The notes beneath the pieces are model-generated. The model worked only from the letters and a program-made list of their open reading frames with translations, was not told the origin of the DNA and ran no database searches. A stretch of DNA of 64,000 nucleotides from an uncultured bacterium (GTDB taxonomy: Bacteria; Bacteroidota; Bacteroidia; Bacteroidales; Bacteroidaceae), in contig CAMOWI010000002.1 of assembly GCA_946628295.1 (NCBI GenBank), positions 11,596-75,595 on the forward strand, written 5' to 3'. Shown here piece by piece: positions 58,722-64,000 of this stretch. Numbering within the stretch: the stretch's first letter is position 1; each line of letters begins with the position of its first letter. The translations under genes and the position numbers were made by a program.

Positions 58722-59265
58722 ACAAAAACAATCCGCACATCTCACACATCTGCTATAACTGTCTGACACACAGACGGGTTCAGGGCAAGGTATCTCGCAT
58801 TTACCTCGCATTTACCTCGCAACAGACACGTTTTTGGGGTGAAAATGGGGGCTTCGAGAGGGTTTTGGATAGCCTAAACACCATCGGGGGCAGGTCTCAA
58901 AGGAGGCTATAGAGGTTTCCCGCTCTTAAATTCTCTCGAGAATTCAGAGGTTTAAAGGCACTAAAGGTATAGTTTAGAGCCTACTTCCGTGTGAATTCTC
59001 TAGAGAATTCAGTCGTCCGGAGGCTCCTGTCGCCGAAAAAGCACGTTGTAACGACCGACTTTAGACTATCCAAAGCAGAGAAGAAGCCCCTCGAACAGCC
59101 TGAAATAGCAGAAAAGAGGCTCCCGAATGGCCTGAAATGGGGCGGAAATGATGGCTGCTGCGAGGTAAATGCGAGGTAAATGCGAGATACCCTGCCATGA
59201 ACCCATCTGTGTTTCAGATAGTTATAGCAGATGTGCGAGATGTGCGGGTTATTTTTCTTATATAT
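58714..59265. mobile_element. ~550-bp non-coding element with ~108-bp imperfect terminal inverted repeats (MITE-like)
   Basis: 58714-58821 aligns with the reverse complement of 59159-59265; TATATA at both ends; internal palindromes. Confidence 0.6.
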
Positions 59266-59464
59266 ATAGTGATGGCACCTTACAGGACAGTTCCGTTTTG
59301 TCAGTTTTGCAGGTGAAAGGGGGGCGGAAATAACAAAGTGTCACTGAAACATATTTTAAACTTTCGGATTGATATAAATCAAGCCAAAGGAAGGGATAAG
59401 TTAAAAAATCGTGTTGAATTGTATCTTTTTTATAAAATTATTCGTTTTTTAGGAATATAAGCAT

Positions 59465-59472
59465 TATTTTTG
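59465..59472 (+). promoter_or_regulatory. -7 promoter element for the right susC, inside the invertible segment
   Basis: TATTTTTG fits TAnnTTTG; no equivalent motif seen facing the left susC in 57550-57800. Confidence 0.65.
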
Positions 59473-59578
59473 CAGACCAATATGGACAGTAATGCCCAAA
59501 ATCGGCATACCTCCCCGCGAGAGGTGCTTATATTATAATAACGTACGCGAACATATTTTGTAAAGTATTTAACACTAT

Positions 59579-59722
59579 TTTAATATTAACTAAAGAGAGA
59601 GATTTTATGAAAGAAAGACTAACGATGTTGATGGTCAGCCTCCTCCTCTGTGTAGGAAGTGCGCTGGCACAGACAAAGGTTTCTGGTACGGTGCTCTCAC
59701 AGGAAGACGGTCAGCCCATCAT
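59579..59722 (+). repeat. Outer inverted repeat, right arm (144 bp perfect)
   Basis: Exact reverse complement of 57435-57578; covers the leader, ATG and first ~38 codons. Confidence 0.95.
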
Positions 59723-62700
59723 CGGCGCTGCCGTGAAAGTGGACGGCACCAATACCGGTATGTTGACTGACGTTAACGGTCGCTTCTCGCTGACCTTGCC
59801 TGAGGGTAAGAACCAGATTACGGTGTCGTATCTGGGCTTCGAGTCGAAGACTGTGGCTGCCAAGAACGGCATGCGCGTGTTCCTCAAGAGCGATGCTGCA
59901 GCCCTCGACGAGGTGGTGGTTGTCGCCTACGGTACAGCCAAGAAGTCGTCGTTCACGGGTTCGGCTCAGAACGTAAACAGTGAGAAACTGGAGCTGCGTC
60001 CTATCACAAATGTTACCAAAGGACTTGAAGGTAACGTCTCTGGTGTTCAGATGTCTTCGGCATCTGGCCAGCCCGGTTCAGATCCGGCAATCCGCATTCG
60101 TGGTTATGGCTCAATTAATGCCAGTTCAAGCCCGCTCTACGTAGTAGACGGCATCCCGTACGATGGCGCTATCAGTTCGTTGAACCCCAGCGATATCGAG
60201 TCGATGACCGTGCTGAAGGATGCCTCGGCCGGTGCCCTGTATGGTGCCCGTGGTGCCAACGGCGTCATCATGATTACCACTAAGAAGGGTAAGGAAGGCA
60301 AGGCTCAGGTGACATGGCGCTCTACTGCCGGTTGGTCAAGCCGTGCCCTGCCGCGCTACGATCTGGTTAACCAGAAGGATTTCGTGCAGCTCACTTACGA
60401 GGCACTGCGCAATGAGGGTATCTTCAACAATGGTTTGAGCTGGGCCGACGGTGAGGCCTACGGACGCAGTCAGTTGTCGGCCAATCTTGGTGGTGAGACC
60501 TACAACCCCTTCAAGAACTACACGTGGGACCAGATCATCGATCCATCTACCGGCATGGTTCGTCCTGATGCCACAGCTGCTTGGAATGAGGACTGGCTCG
60601 ATGCCGTTAAACGCAACAGTGCTTTCCGCCATGAGCATCAGCTGAGTGTCAATGGCGGTACCGACAAGACTAAGTACATGTTGAGTCTTGGCTATCTTAA
60701 CGAAGAAGGATTGCTACAGACCACAGCCTTCCAGCGCTATACGGCCCGTGTCAACGTGGATACCAAGGTGACCGACTGGTTCTCAGCCAATCTGAGCACC
60801 AACCTGGCCCATTCTATCTCAAACTTCAGCGACTATGACGGCAGTTCTACATCCAACGTGTGGTACTCGGCTCAGTTCGTATCGCCCCTGTTCCCGATGT
60901 ACGTCAAGGATGCCAATGGTAACAGCGTGCTCGACGAGAATGGCAATCCCATGCTCGACTATGGTGACAACGCCACGAAGCGCCCCGGCTCCTACAACGA
61001 CTACAACCCCCTGGGAGGCCTGGTGGACGACAAGGCCGAGAACAAGCGCGACGCTGCCGGTCTGCGTGCCGGTATCGTACTGGGCACTGATGAAGCTAAA
61101 GCCGGATGGCTGCAGGGCATCAAACTCTCTGTGAACTTCGGTATGGACTACAACAGCCGTTTCCGCATGCGCTATATGAACATGTATCATGGCAACCAGG
61201 CTACTGCCGGCGGTCTGCTGCAGAAGTACAACTATCGCACTCAGAGCTATACCTTCAACCAGCTGCTCACCTGGAACCGCCAGTTCGGCAAGCATAATGT
61301 CGACGTAATGGCTGGCCATGAGTTCTATGCCTACAAGATGGAGTACCTGACAGCCGGTAAGACCAACCTCGTCGATGGTATCTACGAGCTGGCACCTGCT
61401 GCCAACATGTACGAGGCAAACTCCTATACGGACAACTACCGCATCAACTCGTTCCTGAGCCGCGTTAACTATAACTATGACGACAAGTACTATCTGTCGG
61501 CTTCTCTGCGTGCTGATGCCTCTTCTCGTTTCTACAAGGAGAACTGGACTGGCACGTTCTGGTCAATTGGTGGTAACTGGCGTATCTCCAAGGAGAACTT
61601 CATGAAGAATGTGAAGTGGATAAACAACCTCTCGCTGAAGGTGTCATACGGTGAGCAGGGAAATGATGATATTCTCGATAGTGAAGGCTATTCCAGCTAT
61701 TATCTGTGGCAGAGCCTCTACGCTCTGGGATGGAACAACGGTAACAACATCGGTGCCGTAGTTTCTACCCTGGAGACAAAAGACCTCTCCTGGGAGAAGA
61801 ACAAGAACCTGAACATCGGTCTGGAGGGAACTCTGCTCGACAACCTGCTCCGCTTCAGCGTAGAATATTACAACAAGAAGACCACCGACATGTTGCTCAA
61901 CTACCCGATGGCCCTGTCGACTGGTTTCTCCGGCTACAATGCCAACGTGGGTGACATGCGTAACACAGGTCTGGAGGCAGAAATCACAGTCTCTCCCTTC
62001 CGTCACGGCGACTTCCACTGGGACATCACCCTGATGGGTTCTACCGTCAGCAACAAGGTGCTGAAACTCACTTCCGAGAGTCCCGAGATTGTCAGTGGTG
62101 TACGTGTATACAAGGAGGGACTGCCTATCCGCACCTATTATGTATCAAAGAGCGCAGGTGTTGACCCCGCTACTGGCGCACAACTCTATTGGGCATACGA
62201 GAAGGACGACGAAGGCAATATGAAGCCCGGTACCGAGTACATCACATCCGACTACTCTGTAGCCAATGCTTGCAAGTACTATATGGACAGCCGTATTCCC
62301 GACCTCTACGGTAGCCTTGCCACCAACCTGAGCTATAAGGGTATAGACCTGTCTGTCCTGACGACCTACTCTATCGGCGGCCACGTCTACGACGGTCTGT
62401 ATTCCAGTGCTATGAACGTGGCATATGCCACTGACACATGGCACACCAACTCGCTGCGCCGCTGGCAGAAGCCTGGCGACATCACCGATGTGCCCCGCAT
62501 CGAGATCAACGCTCGCCGTGCTTCCTATCTGGACCGCTATCTTGTTGACGCTTCTTACTTCGCCATCAAGAACATCACCCTCGGCTACACACTGCCTAAG
62601 ACATGGATGGCTAAGGCTGGTCTGAGCAACGTTCGCGTATTCGCATCTGTCGACAACCTCGCGCTGTTCACTCATCTGGACGGTATGGATCCCCAGTACA

Positions 62701-62774
62701 ACTTCTCGGGTAGTACCGACTATTCTTATGTCCCCAACAAGACATGGACGCTGGGTCTCGAGGTTAAATTCTAA
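59607..62774 (+). CDS. SusC/RagA family TonB-dependent transporter (right copy)
   Basis: LDEVVVVAYG, VLKDASAGALYGARGANGVIMITTKKG, LSWEKN, C-terminal F. Confidence 0.96.
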   Translation: MKERLTMLMVSLLLCVGSALAQTKVSGTVLSQEDGQPIIGAAVKVDGTNTGMLTDVNGRFSLTLPEGKNQITVSYLGFESKTVAAKNGMRVFLKSDAAALDEVVVVAYGTAKKSSFTGSAQNVNSEKLELRPITNVTKGLEGNVSGVQMSSASGQPGSDPAIRIRGYGSINASSSPLYVVDGIPYDGAISSLNPSDIESMTVLKDASAGALYGARGANGVIMITTKKGKEGKAQVTWRSTAGWSSRALPRYDLVNQKDFVQLTYEALRNEGIFNNGLSWADGEAYGRSQLSANLGGETYNPFKNYTWDQIIDPSTGMVRPDATAAWNEDWLDAVKRNSAFRHEHQLSVNGGTDKTKYMLSLGYLNEEGLLQTTAFQRYTARVNVDTKVTDWFSANLSTNLAHSISNFSDYDGSSTSNVWYSAQFVSPLFPMYVKDANGNSVLDENGNPMLDYGDNATKRPGSYNDYNPLGGLVDDKAENKRDAAGLRAGIVLGTDEAKAGWLQGIKLSVNFGMDYNSRFRMRYMNMYHGNQATAGGLLQKYNYRTQSYTFNQLLTWNRQFGKHNVDVMAGHEFYAYKMEYLTAGKTNLVDGIYELAPAANMYEANSYTDNYRINSFLSRVNYNYDDKYYLSASLRADASSRFYKENWTGTFWSIGGNWRISKENFMKNVKWINNLSLKVSYGEQGNDDILDSEGYSSYYLWQSLYALGWNNGNNIGAVVSTLETKDLSWEKNKNLNIGLEGTLLDNLLRFSVEYYNKKTTDMLLNYPMALSTGFSGYNANVGDMRNTGLEAEITVSPFRHGDFHWDITLMGSTVSNKVLKLTSESPEIVSGVRVYKEGLPIRTYYVSKSAGVDPATGAQLYWAYEKDDEGNMKPGTEYITSDYSVANACKYYMDSRIPDLYGSLATNLSYKGIDLSVLTTYSIGGHVYDGLYSSAMNVAYATDTWHTNSLRRWQKPGDITDVPRIEINARRASYLDRYLVDASYFAIKNITLGYTLPKTWMAKAGLSNVRVFASVDNLALFTHLDGMDPQYNFSGSTDYSYVPNKTWTLGLEVKF

Positions 62775-62811
62775 TCATAGGAATAGAACAAACATATAAA
62801 ACGTAGAAGAT

Positions 62812-64000
62812 ATGAAAAGAATATTCAAATATACATTCGTTGGACTGCTTGCCGGCAGCATGGTCTTGACGACCTCTTGCTCAAAGGACCTTATCGAGAC
62901 ATCGCCTACACAGTCAATGTCCGGACAGGGCCTGCTGGCCAATGGTAATGCAGCATTGGTAGCCCTGAACGGTATCTATCGCGAGATGTACACTGCCGGA
63001 TGGTCTACGGGGGGCAATACCCACCAGTGCTTCGGTATCACTGCCTACAACCTGGGTGCCGAGGTGATGGGCGAGGATCACATCATGGGCGCTGCCGGAT
63101 CCGGCTGGTTCTGGTATGACGCACTCTATAACGTGAAGTCGCGTTACGCATCTGACTCCTGGCGCAGCTACGACCTCTGGTATGCCTACTACAACTGGAT
63201 TGCAAACGCCAACTATATCATCGCTGCCGAAGAGACCATGGGCGGAACTTCAGATGAGAAGAACTACGCCATCGGCCAGGCCTATGCCATCCGTGCCTAC
63301 AGCTACTTCATGCTGTCGCAGTGGTTTGCCCGTACGTATAAGGGACATGAGAACGAGAAGTGCGTGCCCATCTATACCGAACCCACTACTCCAGAAACCA
63401 AGGGACAGCCGCGTGCTACCATCGCAGAGGTCTACACTCAGATTGACAGCGATATCGAGAAGGCCGTTAGCCTGCTTAATGGCATTGATCAGCAGAACCC
63501 CTCTCACATCGGCTACGCCGTAGCACTTGGTCTGCAGGCCCGTATCGCCCTTGTCGAGAATGACTGGCAGACGGCCAAGACGGCTGCCAAGGCTGCCATC
63601 GCTGCCAGTGGCTGCAGTGTGTTGCCAACAGCCTCTTTCAAGGGCATGAACAATGTTGCAGCGTCGAATGTCATGTGGGGTGCCGGCATTATCGCCGACC
63701 AGGTTGGTATGTACGCCAGCTTCTTCTCTCACATGGACTTCGAGGCCAACAAGTATGGCACTTCTGCCCCCAAGTGCATCAACAAGGAGCTCTATGCCAA
63801 GATGAATCCCACGGATACCCGCCGCGACTGGTGGGTTAGCGGTGTCAGCAGCGCCGGACTCGTACAGGAGAAGTTCAAGTTCACCGATGTTCCTACATGG
63901 ATGGGCGACTATATCTTCATGCGTGTCGAGGAGATGTATCTCACCGCTGCCGAGGCAGAGTGCCGTCTGGGCGAAGAGGATGCAGCCAAGGCCGACCTGA
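62812..64000 (+). CDS. SusD/RagB family lipoprotein (3' end outside the window, absent from the ORF track)
   Basis: Hand translation MKRIFKYTFVGLLAGSMVLTTSC..., GQAYAIRAYSYFML, GLQARIAL, MRVEEMYLTAAEA. Confidence 0.9.
   Translation, partial: MKRIFKYTFVGLLAGSMVLTTSCSKDLIETSPTQSMSGQGLLANGNAALVALNGIYREMYTAGWSTGGNTHQCFGITAYNLGAEVMGEDHIMGAAGSGWFWYDALYNVKSRYASDSWRSYDLWYAYYNWIANANYIIAAEETMGGTSDEKNYAIGQAYAIRAYSYFMLSQWFARTYKGHENEKCVPIYTEPTTPETKGQPRATIAEVYTQIDSDIEKAVSLLNGIDQQNPSHIGYAVALGLQARIALVENDWQTAKTAAKAAIAASGCSVLPTASFKGMNNVAASNVMWGAGIIADQVGMYASFFSHMDFEANKYGTSAPKCINKELYAKMNPTDTRRDWWVSGVSSAGLVQEKFKFTDVPTWMGDYIFMRVEEMYLTAAEAECRLGEEDAAKADL

Noticed and set aside
58991-59179. 62-aa ORF inside the nested element
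   Set aside because: GTG start within a palindrome, runs into the terminal repeat, no transposase motifs.

Overview
Bacteroidales (Prevotella-like) chromosomal window, judged from TAnnTTTG promoter motifs, susC/susD genes and the purH-mreBCD-mrdA-rodA / gldH-ricT-holB-metF gene order. (1) 1-11.5 kb: AT-rich accessory island with a translationally coupled pair, a sacsin-like GHKL ATPase (~1620 aa) and an Upf1-like SF1 helicase fused to a PIN RNase (candidate defence system), then two RhuM paralogues and gene debris. (2) 11.5-25 kb: five-gene minus-strand operon encoding a sensor/PP2C/anti-sigma kinase, a STAS protein, an outer-membrane barrel, a C-A-T-C-A-T-R NRPS and a MATE-hydrolase fusion. 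(3) 25-34.6 kb: pectin/hemicellulose enzymes. (4) 34.8-50 kb: housekeeping genes, a GH51 and tRNA-Lys. (5) 50-64 kb: an Rpn gene, a BACON/susD remnant and two divergent susC-susD operons whose 5' ends form a 144-bp perfect inverted repeat around a tyrosine recombinase, one promoter and a nested MITE-like element (predicted invertible promoter switch). All family calls come from motifs read by eye; no database search was run.
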